64,000 bases of DNA. Source: an uncultured virus (IMG/VR IMGVR_UViG_3300048861_000172). Its lineage: Duplodnaviria > Heunggongvirae > Uroviricota > Caudoviricetes. The position numbers and the translations under genes are program-made. The number at the start of each line of letters is the position of its first letter. Positions within the stretch are counted from its first letter, which is position 1. The notes beneath the pieces were generated by a model. It made no database searches. It saw only the letters and a program-made list of their open reading frames with translations, and was not told where the DNA came from. The stretch lies in IMG/VR virus record IMGVR_UViG_3300048861_000172. One strand, 5' to 3'. Positions 19,406-29,013 of the stretch are shown one piece after another.

Positions 19406-20300
19406 AGTCCTTCTCCATCTTGGCGATGTCGGACTCGAGCCCCTGGATACGCGACTCGACGTAGCGCAGCTCCTTCTGAAGCTTCGCGTCAGCCGGTTTG
19501 CCTTCCGAGAGCTTTTCCAGTTGCAGACGATGCATCTGGCAGGCCCGCAGATCTTCTTGTGCGACCTTGTAGCGCTTCGATTGCCAGTCGGCGACGATCA
19601 TGCGCACGTGATAGATCGGATTCAGCTTGATCGGGATCAGACGCATCTGGAACGGATCGAGCTTCTTGAGTCCGACGGTCGCTTCCATCGACTGCACGTT
19701 CTCGCTGGTCACCACGATCTCGGGGATCTCGGCGAGCGCATGCTTGACCTGTTGCGTGGCAAGCGACGCGATGTTCAAGGCCGTGCAGAACGACAGGATG
19801 TTCGCTTGCAGCCACTGTTCTTCGTACGGCGTGATCGACTCGGCAAACACCACACCGGAGTCTTCGTACGTTTCGGATTCCGTCACATACGTGTAGATCA
19901 GCAGTTTACGGGCATACTTGGCGACAAAACCCACAACCTCGACGAATTGCAGCAGATTGGCTTTGCGGTAGGTGAGCCCCACGCCGCCGACTTCTTCGTT
20001 GTAAACCTTGTCGATCTCTTTTTCGATCTCAGCCAGGTTCGCAAGCCACACCGGAATCGTCTTGCCGATGTGCACGATCATGTTTTCGTTCGACGCGTGC
20101 TTGACGTTGCGATCGAACACTTGGCGCAGCTTCTCGCTGCGCTCGCTCTTGAAGCTCCAGCCCTTGAGCAGGGGCACGGCGATCGCGTAGGCAGGCTCGG
20201 TATAGTCCTTGATCTCCCCGCGCGTCACACGGCAGTCTTCGATGATCCGGTCCTTGCCGAAGTTCGGCAGCAGCGAAGCCAAATAGGTGGAAAGTTTCAT
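19398..20300 (-). CDS. Internal head protein (gp90-like)
   Basis: 300 aa; NPIYHVR motif and C-terminal coiled coil; synteny. Confidence 0.65.
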   Translation of the reverse strand: MKLSTYLASLLPNFGKDRIIEDCRVTRGEIKDYTEPAYAIAVPLLKGWSFKSERSEKLRQVFDRNVKHASNENMIVHIGKTIPVWLANLAEIEKEIDKVYNEEVGGVGLTYRKANLLQFVEVVGFVAKYARKLLIYTYVTESETYEDSGVVFAESITPYEEQWLQANILSFCTALNIASLATQQVKHALAEIPEIVVTSENVQSMEATVGLKKLDPFQMRLIPIKLNPIYHVRMIVADWQSKRYKVAQEDLRACQMHRLQLEKLSEGKPADAKLQKELRYVESRIQGLESDIAKMEKDYA

Positions 20301-20366
20301 GATACTCTTTTCTAGAAGACAGGAAAGCAGGGGAGCACGCCGGCTCCCCCGTCAGTGGTGTGGCGC

Positions 20367-21479
20367 TTACAGCGACGGCGAATGACCTGCCTGGTAGGCG
20401 CGCAGGATGTCGGCCACGTCCGGACCATTGCCCTTGTTGGCGGCCTTCAGATCCCGCAGACCCACTTCCGTCTTCGTGGAGATACCACGGTGGTAGAAGG
20501 TCACCCGCGCGAAGTCACGGTCGATCACCGCGAGAATCATCAGGCTCGTCTTCTCGAAGATCCGTTGACGGGTCTTGAAGTCCGAGAGCTTGCCCTTGAT
20601 TTCGTATTCGAGCGTATCAGCCGTCGCGTTGCTGATCACCGCCATGTTGGAGGCGGTGGCAATCGAGGGGTTGGCCGAGAAGAGCGTGGCGAGCGCATTG
20701 CCGCGTTGACGCGCGACGATCTCCGAATACAGACCGTCCTTGTCCTTCATCATCGCCTTGCGGTGCTCGTCGATCAGGTCGTTACAGAGCACGAGGTCTT
20801 TCCAGAACTCGAGGCGCCCCGAGCGCCAGCCATGCCAGCGGGCCTTGACCGAGGTGTCCTTCGAACCGAGCGCGAGCGTGGTGACCATCTGCTCGGTGGG
20901 CAGGCTCGAGCTGATCAGGCGAATCGAGATCATGAAGGTGGCGCGGTGCATGCCGTCGCTGATGTCGACCGAAAACTGCTTGCCGACCGACAGGTTCGCC
21001 AATTCTTTGAGCGTCGTCGTGGTATCGCGGCCAAACGTGTGTGCGCTCTCGTCGGGTTCAGCGGCGAGTACGTTTTCCAGTTTGTCGGTGATGGCTTCGA
21101 GACCGATGCCCGTGTCCGTGGGGCGGGGCAGCTTGAACTTGTAGGACTCTTGGGCGAGCATCCAGCCCGCGGAGTCGGCAGCGCTATCCACCGGGCTGCG
21201 CTTCGGTTGCAGGCGATCGAGGTGACGCATCACTTCGACCCGACCGACCGAGCCGGAGAGCGCGGCGGCTTGCAGGTAGTAGCCCGAGAAGATGGAGAGC
21301 AACGACTGCATCACGTCAGGCGTGGCTTCGTCGAAGAGAACTGAGGCGTCCACCAGGACGATCGGTTCGACACGGGCTACTTGCGTGTAGTCGATCAGCG
21401 AATCGGATTTACCCGCACGCCAAAGGTCCATCACTTTTCGGATTCCACTCAACCCGATTGAGGCGAGATCGATACTCAT
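20367..21479 (-). CDS. Internal head protein (gp89-like)
   Basis: 370 aa; SLIDYTQVARVEPIVLVD, YYLQA, AQE/GLE sites; synteny. Confidence 0.65.
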   Translation of the reverse strand: MSIDLASIGLSGIRKVMDLWRAGKSDSLIDYTQVARVEPIVLVDASVLFDEATPDVMQSLLSIFSGYYLQAAALSGSVGRVEVMRHLDRLQPKRSPVDSAADSAGWMLAQESYKFKLPRPTDTGIGLEAITDKLENVLAAEPDESAHTFGRDTTTTLKELANLSVGKQFSVDISDGMHRATFMISIRLISSSLPTEQMVTTLALGSKDTSVKARWHGWRSGRLEFWKDLVLCNDLIDEHRKAMMKDKDGLYSEIVARQRGNALATLFSANPSIATASNMAVISNATADTLEYEIKGKLSDFKTRQRIFEKTSLMILAVIDRDFARVTFYHRGISTKTEVGLRDLKAANKGNGPDVADILRAYQAGHSPSL

Positions 21480-21516
21480 CGCGGATCATTCCTTTATGTA
21501 ACAAAGAGGTTTTTAA

Positions 21517-22650
21517 ATGGCTGACAATTCCAACCCGAAGAACAGTTCAGTGCAGACCGATATACTGCTGAATAAGAATCTGGGCTCGACGGGCGATAAC
21601 GTCACTCGGATGCAACAGCTCTCCGAAATTGGGCCAGCCAGTTCCGCCATCGGGGATAGCTTTTTCGGGATTAACCATCGGCAGGTTGTCCCTGCAATTC
21701 CGATTAATCGGGATCGCTTTGGTTTGACGTTCTTCACGCGTCCGATGCTGAACTTAAGCACGGAGAACTTGCGGGAACACCGTCTGTTTGCGCCGATGCT
21801 CTCCAACCAAGAAAAGAGCTTGCCCCGGGTGCTGCGCAACTTGCTGGACTACACGCAATTCAAAGCTGGACTCGGCTCATCGCTGGTCGATCCCAACCTG
21901 GCGTTTATTGCGCCCTTGTCGAACCACATCCTGTCAATGGCAGGCTGGCCCGACATGGACGTCCCGACTTTCACCTCTTCTGACGGGCTATATAAAGAAG
22001 CCTACAGCATGGCCGACGGGATCGTGCGCCACCTAGGGACATACGATATTACAGCGACCTTCCGGAACTTGCCGGGTGACCCGATTACTGCGCTGTTTTA
22101 TTTCTGGTGTTTGTACCAAGAGGCGGTGTTCACCGGCGAGCTTGTGCCCTACCCGGACATGATTTGGAATAACGAAATCGACTACAACACGCGCATCTAC
22201 CGGTTGGTGCTCGACGACACCAAAACCAAAGTCCAGAAGATTGCTGCGTGCGGCGCGGCCTTTCCGTTGAATGCGCCTACGGGCGCCGCGTTTAACTACG
22301 AGAGCGAGCGCCCGCTTAACCAGAGTAACGATCAGATCACGGTGAACTTTCGCTGTATCGGGGCGATGTACTTTGACGATATTTTGGTCGACGAATTTAA
22401 CCGTACCCAAGCATTCTTTAATGGGTGCATGAAAGCGAGCGCCTTCACCTACAATAGCCGGGATAAATCCTGGAGCAATCAGTACTACGTGCAAGTGCCG
22501 ATTGAAGCGCTGACGGTGTTTAACAACCGCGGCTATCCACGCATTGATCCGGACACCTACGAGCTGCAATGGTGGGTCGACAAGGACCTGTACAACTACC
22601 GCTTACCTGTGCTGCAACAAAAGCAGCAGCTGTATTACGAAGGAGCTTAA
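21517..22650 (+). CDS. Virion/baseplate protein (gp88-like)
   Basis: 377 aa; GLTFFTRPMLNL and IDYNTRIYRLVLD motifs; divergent from the gp89-like gene. Confidence 0.65.
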   Translation: MADNSNPKNSSVQTDILLNKNLGSTGDNVTRMQQLSEIGPASSAIGDSFFGINHRQVVPAIPINRDRFGLTFFTRPMLNLSTENLREHRLFAPMLSNQEKSLPRVLRNLLDYTQFKAGLGSSLVDPNLAFIAPLSNHILSMAGWPDMDVPTFTSSDGLYKEAYSMADGIVRHLGTYDITATFRNLPGDPITALFYFWCLYQEAVFTGELVPYPDMIWNNEIDYNTRIYRLVLDDTKTKVQKIAACGAAFPLNAPTGAAFNYESERPLNQSNDQITVNFRCIGAMYFDDILVDEFNRTQAFFNGCMKASAFTYNSRDKSWSNQYYVQVPIEALTVFNNRGYPRIDPDTYELQWWVDKDLYNYRLPVLQQKQQLYYEGA

Positions 22651-22651
22651 C

Positions 22652-25585
22652 ATGGCCGGCAGCATCCGGGACACGTTGGATCAGATTCAGCAGTTCCAGT
22701 ACAACCCCTCGGCAATTGCACGGGCAAGTCTTCAGTCACTGAGTGACGCCTACAGTGGCGACTTAACCGTGGTCGACCCCTCCAACCCATTTATCTCGCT
22801 GGTTGAGATGAGTGCGGTGATGGTGGCCGCGGCGATGGAGAAGAACGAGGTCAACACCCGCAAGCAATATCCGCAAGCCGCGCAAACGGTCGATGACCTC
22901 TATCTGCACATGTCCGATAAGGACTACGTGAATCGCTTTGCAATTCCGGCCGAGGCACAGTTCACCTTTGTGCTACCGAAGGACGAGCTCATCAACAAGA
23001 TGGTGCTCGATGCGAGTACCGGCATTCGCAAGGTGGTGATCCCGCGCAATACGCAATTCACCATTGCTGACACGGTGTTCTCGATGCAGTACCCAATCGA
23101 GATCCAACAGTTGCAGCACGGTGGCTTGCAGGTGATCTACGACACCGATCAGGTGAGCCCCTTGCAGGCGCTGGAATCGAATGCGATTAGCTGGGAGCTG
23201 CGTCGCAATGGCTCGACCGATTACCTGGCGTTTTCGCTCAGCGTGCAGCAGGTGCAGATCGTCTCGGTGATCAGCCCGATCAATATCGCCAAGACCTGGT
23301 CGCTGGTGCTGCAATACATCGACCAGTACAACTACGCCCGGGTCTATCACGAGAATGCCGATGGCACCTGGAAGGAGTTGGCGATCACCCATACGCCCCA
23401 GGTGTTCGATGTGATGAGTCCGACCTGTGTGCTGAAGGTCGATGAAGTCAACAAGCGCTTGCAGTGCGTGATCCCGCAGATCTATACGGTTTCAGGCCAG
23501 CTCAGCCGCCGTATCCGAGTCGACCTCTACACCACCAAGGGCGTGGTCAATCTCGATCTGTCCAACTACGGCATGGGTGACACAGCGATTGTGTTCCAGT
23601 CGTGGGATACCAGTGACGACAAGACCTACTCGGCGCCTTTGAATACCCTGACGGAAAAGTACGCCTTCTGTCAGGACAGTGTGGTGGGTGGGCAGGATGA
23701 ATTGGCCTTCCTCGATTTGCGGGCGAACGTGATCGACAACACCACGGGACCCAACGACATTCCGATCACCCACGTGCAGATTGCCAGTGCCTTGCAGCGC
23801 GATGGCTACGAGCTGGTGACCAATGTCGATAACATCACCAACCGCACCTTCTTGGCCACCAAGCCGCTACCGGACCCGACCAACACCAAGTTGATCACCG
23901 CAGCGGGCGCCATGAACGCTACAGTCAGCTTGTCCCTCAATGACTTGGCGCAGCACGCCTATGCGATCGACAATGCGACCTCGGTGACGCTTACGCCCGA
24001 CGCCCTCTTTAAGGACGTCAATGGCGTGATGCAGTTGGTGAGTGACGTGGAGCTGGAGACGCTCAATGCGCTCTCCAACGAACAGAAGGCGTTGATTGTG
24101 ACCAACGGCTTGTATCGCTACACGCCGTTTCACTACGTGCTGGATAATTCGGGTAGTGAATTTGCGGTGCGTCCGTATTACCTCGATGATCCGTCAGTGA
24201 TCACCAAGCTTTTCGTGTCGGAGAACGCCACCACTCAGCTGCAAGTGGGCACCGGTCAGTACGACATTGTGCGCACCGTCACCGGTTATAAGCTGCGCAT
24301 CCTCACCAGCTCCACCGATACGTTCCAGGCGCTGGATGATGACGTGGTGTTTGTACAGCTGGCCTTTACGCCCCAAGGAGAAAATAGCCAAGCGTTTATC
24401 AATGGCACCCTGGTGGGCAAGGACACCACCGGTAAGGAGCGGTATTACGAGTTCGATCTCTCGACGACCTTTGATGTGGAGTTCGATGAGGCCCTGAACA
24501 CGCACTACCTGCAACTGTCGCGCTTCTTTATGTTCACCACGGAGCCGCGCTTGACAGGGGCACCGCTCACCACCACCTTCGACATCGTCTACTCGACCAC
24601 GCAGCCGATGGATACCGGTTGGAGCAGTGCAGAAGTCGACACGATGCTGGGGCGCTTCTTGTTGCCGGCCAATGTGGTGGGCATCACGCATGAGCAGTTG
24701 AAGGTGAAGTTTGGCGATGCCTTAGATCGTCTGTGGGCGCGCAGCCGTTCGGTGATTGATACGATCCAGTATGCAACCTGGAGCGTGGATGTGCCAGCGG
24801 TGTATTCAAGCGATGTGTATCAGCGCGACCCGGTCACGGGCAGTGCGATTACCATAGTCGATGGCAAGCCCACCTACACAGTGCTGCATCACAAGGGTGA
24901 CCCGGTACTCAATGACGATGGCACGCCAGTGTATCAATTCCGGGCGGGCGACTTGCGCCTGGATGCGAACAGTCAGCCGATTCCGATTAACGAACGCGGC
25001 ATGACCCGGCAGATTGACTTTATGTTGATCGAAGGGGTCTACAAGTTCGGCACGGATAGCTCGGCAGTGGCCTATCGTTCGCAGCTCTTGAGTGTGCTGC
25101 TGGGCTGGCTCACGCAGGATCTCGAGCAGCTGGAGTCGCAGGTGCTGGAGCAAACCGACCTTTACTTCTATCCGAAGCAGACGGTGGGTTCGATCAACGT
25201 CCTCAATGGCAGTAACTTGAAGACCACGATCGAGGCGGGGCAGTCGCTTCTGCTCTCCTTGCAAGTGCCCCCGAACGTCTACACCAATGAGACGCTTAAG
25301 GCGTCGCTGAAAAGCACCGCGATTAAGACGATCAGCACCGCCCTCCAACAGACCACCGTGGAGCGTTCGCAGATCGTTAAGCAGCTGCTTGATCTCTTTG
25401 GCGAAGACGTGTACGACGCCAAGCTCTCGGGCTTGGGTGGGACCGCGGACATGGACATCTTCACGGTCCTGGATGCGTCCACGCGCTGTAGCTTGCGCAA
25501 GAAGTTGGTAGCGCAGACGGATGAATCGCTGATTGTGCAGGAAGACTTAACAGTGGACTTTGTACAGCACGGTTTGACCAGTTAA
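22652..25585 (+). CDS. Large virion protein, putative baseplate wedge (gp87-like)
   Basis: 977 aa from ATG 22652 (AAGGAG RBS); DPSNPF, LYLHMSDKDY, VVIPRNTQF. Confidence 0.65.
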   Translation: MAGSIRDTLDQIQQFQYNPSAIARASLQSLSDAYSGDLTVVDPSNPFISLVEMSAVMVAAAMEKNEVNTRKQYPQAAQTVDDLYLHMSDKDYVNRFAIPAEAQFTFVLPKDELINKMVLDASTGIRKVVIPRNTQFTIADTVFSMQYPIEIQQLQHGGLQVIYDTDQVSPLQALESNAISWELRRNGSTDYLAFSLSVQQVQIVSVISPINIAKTWSLVLQYIDQYNYARVYHENADGTWKELAITHTPQVFDVMSPTCVLKVDEVNKRLQCVIPQIYTVSGQLSRRIRVDLYTTKGVVNLDLSNYGMGDTAIVFQSWDTSDDKTYSAPLNTLTEKYAFCQDSVVGGQDELAFLDLRANVIDNTTGPNDIPITHVQIASALQRDGYELVTNVDNITNRTFLATKPLPDPTNTKLITAAGAMNATVSLSLNDLAQHAYAIDNATSVTLTPDALFKDVNGVMQLVSDVELETLNALSNEQKALIVTNGLYRYTPFHYVLDNSGSEFAVRPYYLDDPSVITKLFVSENATTQLQVGTGQYDIVRTVTGYKLRILTSSTDTFQALDDDVVFVQLAFTPQGENSQAFINGTLVGKDTTGKERYYEFDLSTTFDVEFDEALNTHYLQLSRFFMFTTEPRLTGAPLTTTFDIVYSTTQPMDTGWSSAEVDTMLGRFLLPANVVGITHEQLKVKFGDALDRLWARSRSVIDTIQYATWSVDVPAVYSSDVYQRDPVTGSAITIVDGKPTYTVLHHKGDPVLNDDGTPVYQFRAGDLRLDANSQPIPINERGMTRQIDFMLIEGVYKFGTDSSAVAYRSQLLSVLLGWLTQDLEQLESQVLEQTDLYFYPKQTVGSINVLNGSNLKTTIEAGQSLLLSLQVPPNVYTNETLKASLKSTAIKTISTALQQTTVERSQIVKQLLDLFGEDVYDAKLSGLGGTADMDIFTVLDASTRCSLRKKLVAQTDESLIVQEDLTVDFVQHGLTS

Positions 25586-25626
25586 CGGCATAGACCCCCG
25601 CCCGAGGGCGGGGGCGTATGTCCGTC
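25585..25626. terminator. Bidirectional hairpin flanked by TATGCCG/TATGTCCG on both strands
   Basis: ACGGCATA GA CCCCCGCCC GA GGGCGGGGG CG TATGTCCGTC between convergent genes. Confidence 0.75.
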
Positions 25627-25631
25627 TCTTC

Positions 25632-27095
25632 CTACTTGGCGCGCTTGCCCCAAAAGTTCATGCCACTCTTGGTGTGCTTGGCCGTTTGGTGAATGTATCT
25701 CACCGCTTCGTCCATCTCCTCGGGCACCGGCATGCCCTGCTCCACCATAAACGCCTTAACCGACTTATAGTTGGCCGTGATCAACCCCATCACTTCCGAG
25801 CCACAGTCAATCACCGATTGGGTGTAGTAGGAGATCTGCCCACAGATCTGCAAGTAGTCGAGGAAGTCTGCTTGCAGCTGACGCGCTACCCCTCCCAGCT
25901 CACGGGCGTACTCCGCCGGTAAACCATTGGGGTGACCGTCGAGCATCGGGTTACCCTTACCCACCAAGACCTTGCGGATCTTGTCTTGGTACGTGGCAAT
26001 CTCCGCCATCTCTTCCGGAAAGCGCTCCTCGATGTGCTGGAACTTCTCAAACGCACCGTTCTTCTTTTTGTGGTTGAGTTGCTCCAGCGTCTTGCGCAGG
26101 TTGAGCTTGCTGTTCTTCGGCAAGCTGGTATTCTGCGCGCGCTTGCGCACGTCCTTCAAGAAGTTGGCCAAACTGCCCAGATCATCAGCGCCCGTATGAT
26201 AGCCCGCCACGCCGATTGGCTTCTTAAGCGAGCTGACCTCATGCTGGATCTTGGACTGGTCAGTCACATCCCCGCGATCCACGTGCTCGGTGATCTGCTC
26301 GAAGGTCTTAAAGCGGTTGATGAGCTGGGTCTTGATTGCCCCCATCACCCCGGCCAGCTTCTCGACGTTGCGCGTCCAGTCCCCGTTTTGCAGGATGTCG
26401 GCGTATTCGCCGTTGATGAGCTTCAAGAAGCGCTTCTGCCCTTCGTTGCTGCCCTCGCTGGCAAAGTGCGTGTACATCATGTCAAAGCCACTGTGGTCGC
26501 CCGTATTGGGATGAGCCTCATCGACTTTGTTCTGCACGGTTTGCAACGTGTCAGCGACCTTCACTTCCGCGTCCGCGACGATGTCCGCTTTCACGTACTT
26601 GTCGGCGATCTTCTTCTTCGCGTCGTTGGCCTTGTCCTTCACCTTCGTCGCATCGGGCGGGTTGGTCGCGTTGGTGCCGCTGTCTTCGCTCTTGTCGCCA
26701 GTCAACCAGCGGATAAAGCGATAGATCGCAAACATCACGACCGCAGCGGCTGCGGCGATCGCCGCGTAGATGCCCTTGTGGAGCTCTTCCATTGCCACCG
26801 TCAAGCGCGTCTTGCTCGGGGTCTTGGTGTAGTAACCCACCCCACCCATCGACTCGAGTGCGGGCACCAGACGAAAGGCTTCGGTTGCAAAGTCCTGACA
26901 CATGCCGCCTGCACGCCGGATGTCGGCCATCAGGTACGTGAGGTCTTCGAGCTGCGCTTCCAGGCCCAGAATCAGACGGCGCTCTTCATCGTACTCCGGC
27001 TCTTGACCCGCACCTACGGTCTCGATCAGGTACGGTGCTTCATCGCCGTACTCCCCGACCAGGCCTTCGAGGTCATCCCCATTCAGATTAAACAT
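25632..27095 (-). CDS. Head protein with processed N-terminus (gp86-like position)
   Basis: 487 aa; GLE/ALE/AME sites followed by a hydrophobic helix; synteny. Confidence 0.55.
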   Translation of the reverse strand: MFNLNGDDLEGLVGEYGDEAPYLIETVGAGQEPEYDEERRLILGLEAQLEDLTYLMADIRRAGGMCQDFATEAFRLVPALESMGGVGYYTKTPSKTRLTVAMEELHKGIYAAIAAAAAVVMFAIYRFIRWLTGDKSEDSGTNATNPPDATKVKDKANDAKKKIADKYVKADIVADAEVKVADTLQTVQNKVDEAHPNTGDHSGFDMMYTHFASEGSNEGQKRFLKLINGEYADILQNGDWTRNVEKLAGVMGAIKTQLINRFKTFEQITEHVDRGDVTDQSKIQHEVSSLKKPIGVAGYHTGADDLGSLANFLKDVRKRAQNTSLPKNSKLNLRKTLEQLNHKKKNGAFEKFQHIEERFPEEMAEIATYQDKIRKVLVGKGNPMLDGHPNGLPAEYARELGGVARQLQADFLDYLQICGQISYYTQSVIDCGSEVMGLITANYKSVKAFMVEQGMPVPEEMDEAVRYIHQTAKHTKSGMNFWGKRAK

Positions 27096-27110
27096 GGTTC
27101 CCCCGGTGGT

Positions 27111-27587
27111 TTACGCGACGCTGTCTTGACCGCTCGTGGCCGCTTCGTTCGATTGCACGATCGAGACGATCTGGTTGGCCAGTCGGAACAGCGCGCGCTT
27201 GTGCTCGTTGGCAAAGCTGTGCAGCTTCGGGTCGACAAACTGTGGCACGCCCATCAACGTATCGAAAAAGCCGTAGTCGGTGCCTTCCGGCTGGTACTGG
27301 GCCGGATGCGCCGAGTAGTAACGCAGCATCCAGAACTGACGCGCTTGATTGAGCGCATCTTTCAGGCTGAAGACGATCTCTTCGTTGATCGCGCCGGCGC
27401 GGTTGCGGATCGGCGTCGAGACGTACATGTTGTAATGGCTGCCGGGGTTGGCTACCGCTTCCGAGGGCAGACCGCCCAGTCGGGAAGCGGCCATGGCGAC
27501 TGCCGTGCTCAGCACATCGGCGCGTTGGGCCGGATCATCGACCCAGGCGTTCAGGTTCTCGTAGAGTTGAGCGTAGAGTTGTTTCAT
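27111..27587 (-). CDS. Virion protein (gp85-like)
   Basis: 158 aa; FWMLRY motif; synteny. Confidence 0.55.
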   Translation of the reverse strand: MKQLYAQLYENLNAWVDDPAQRADVLSTAVAMAASRLGGLPSEAVANPGSHYNMYVSTPIRNRAGAINEEIVFSLKDALNQARQFWMLRYYSAHPAQYQPEGTDYGFFDTLMGVPQFVDPKLHSFANEHKRALFRLANQIVSIVQSNEAATSGQDSVA

Positions 27588-27607
27588 GATGGTCTACCTT
27601 GGTGCGC

Positions 27608-28891
27608 TCAGATGTGAGCCGCGGTGAGTTTGAGTTTAGCGGCATGCACGAACAGATCGTTCGAGGCAAAGCCTTCGAGTTCTTTGGCGAGCGCTTCTTG
27701 CGACAGACGCTTGCGGGAGTTCTTCGAGAAGAGGTTCCAGACAAGCCCCACCCACTGCTCACGATCATGCACGCGGGCGAGCACTTCGTCGATCGCTTGC
27801 AGGTCTTCGGTGTAGCGCTGGGCTTCTTCTTCGGTGAGGTGGCGCAGCTTGAGCGCCTCGACGATCTGGTTGCGCACGCGCTTCATGCGCGCCCCCGGTC
27901 GATCGTAGGTGCCGTCACCCATGCCATCCATCGCCACGAGCAACATGAAGAGCTGGGCGACGTAGCCTGCGCCCCACGCCCCCATGGCGGCAATGAAGAT
28001 GGTCGAGACAAAGAGCCCCGCCTTCAGTGCTTCCATGGTGAGGTAGGCGGGCGTCGAGCGGAAGCTGATGTTCCAGCTGGCCCGATAGATCTTGTCGAGT
28101 GCGGTGACGACGTAGCGACCCGCGCCTTGGCGAGCGGCGTACTGGTCCGAGAGGTATTCCCAGGTGTTGAAGTTGTAGATGTTCGCCCCGATCTCGTCTT
28201 CGATCGACGTTGCGATGTTCGACACCACCACCACTTCGATGGCGCGCTTGTCGGTCGATTGCGCCAGCGCCTTGGTATCGAGCTCTTTCAACTCCAGCGC
28301 CTTCTTCACCCCGACCAGCACCACTTCACGCTCTTCGACCGTGTTGGCTTCTTCCAGTCCCTTCACGAGACCGGCCAGTGCCTGATTGGTCGACGCACTG
28401 CGGCTCATGTACTCGCAGTAGGAGAAGAGGTGGCCGAGCTCATGCAGCTGGGTGGCGGCGATCTCCTCGGGGCTGAAGGCGTTGCCGGTGAACATGTCGT
28501 ACGGCATGTACATCGTCGAGCCCATCTCTTCGAACACCCCCGTGACCTTCCCGGTCTTGAGGTTCACCGTACCGCGCACCATGCCACCGGCTTGCGCGAT
28601 CATACGCAGCCCGTCGGCTGAGGGCACCGCATTGCGAATGAACTGATTCACCAACGGATGGTTCTTGTTGAGCGCTGGAATATCGACGGCCGGTCCGAAC
28701 GCACTCATCTCGATGGCCACGCCCAAGCCCGTATGGTGCTTGATAAGACGCGTCATTTGGCCCAGTTGCTCGCAGTCGTCGAGTTTGTTTTTCGGCACCT
28801 TCTTCATCTCGGCCACGAGCATCGTCAGTTCCTGGAAGAAAACCCCCTTCTGGAACTGAAGCGATTCCTGACCAACTATGAGTTGTCTCAT
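27608..28891 (-). CDS. Virion protein with zincin HExxH motif (gp84-like)
   Basis: EIAATQLHELGH and EYLSDQYA (M48-like) motifs; ATG 28891 with GAGG RBS. Confidence 0.65.
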   Translation of the reverse strand: MRQLIVGQESLQFQKGVFFQELTMLVAEMKKVPKNKLDDCEQLGQMTRLIKHHTGLGVAIEMSAFGPAVDIPALNKNHPLVNQFIRNAVPSADGLRMIAQAGGMVRGTVNLKTGKVTGVFEEMGSTMYMPYDMFTGNAFSPEEIAATQLHELGHLFSYCEYMSRSASTNQALAGLVKGLEEANTVEEREVVLVGVKKALELKELDTKALAQSTDKRAIEVVVVSNIATSIEDEIGANIYNFNTWEYLSDQYAARQGAGRYVVTALDKIYRASWNISFRSTPAYLTMEALKAGLFVSTIFIAAMGAWGAGYVAQLFMLLVAMDGMGDGTYDRPGARMKRVRNQIVEALKLRHLTEEEAQRYTEDLQAIDEVLARVHDREQWVGLVWNLFSKNSRKRLSQEALAKELEGFASNDLFVHAAKLKLTAAHI

Positions 28892-28943
28892 TCGAAACCT
28901 CAAATTGGAAAAAATAAAAGGCGGGTTTTTGACTTACGCTGTC

Positions 28944-28972
28944 AGAAATAACCGCATCGACTAATGGTCTAG
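28944..28972 (+). promoter_or_regulatory. Putative middle-type phage promoter (AT-rich box, 13 nt, TCTAG)
   Basis: AGAAATAACCG-N13-TCTAG upstream of the DNA polymerase subunit; aligns with four other sites. Confidence 0.45.
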
Positions 28973-29013
28973 ACAGAGCAAGACCTCATACTCATTAGCT
29001 AAGCTAACCCACC

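Noticed and set aside
15729..20315. Long plus-strand ORFs opposite the head genes (similar shadows at 25932..28621 and, on the minus strand, 36722..39214)
   Set aside because: Shadow ORFs overlapping well-supported genes.
1679..28990. Isolated TATG late-promoter cores (about 1679, 9020, 9626, 15541, 21495, 28987)
   Set aside because: Plausible positions, but a 4-mer is too short to support individual calls.
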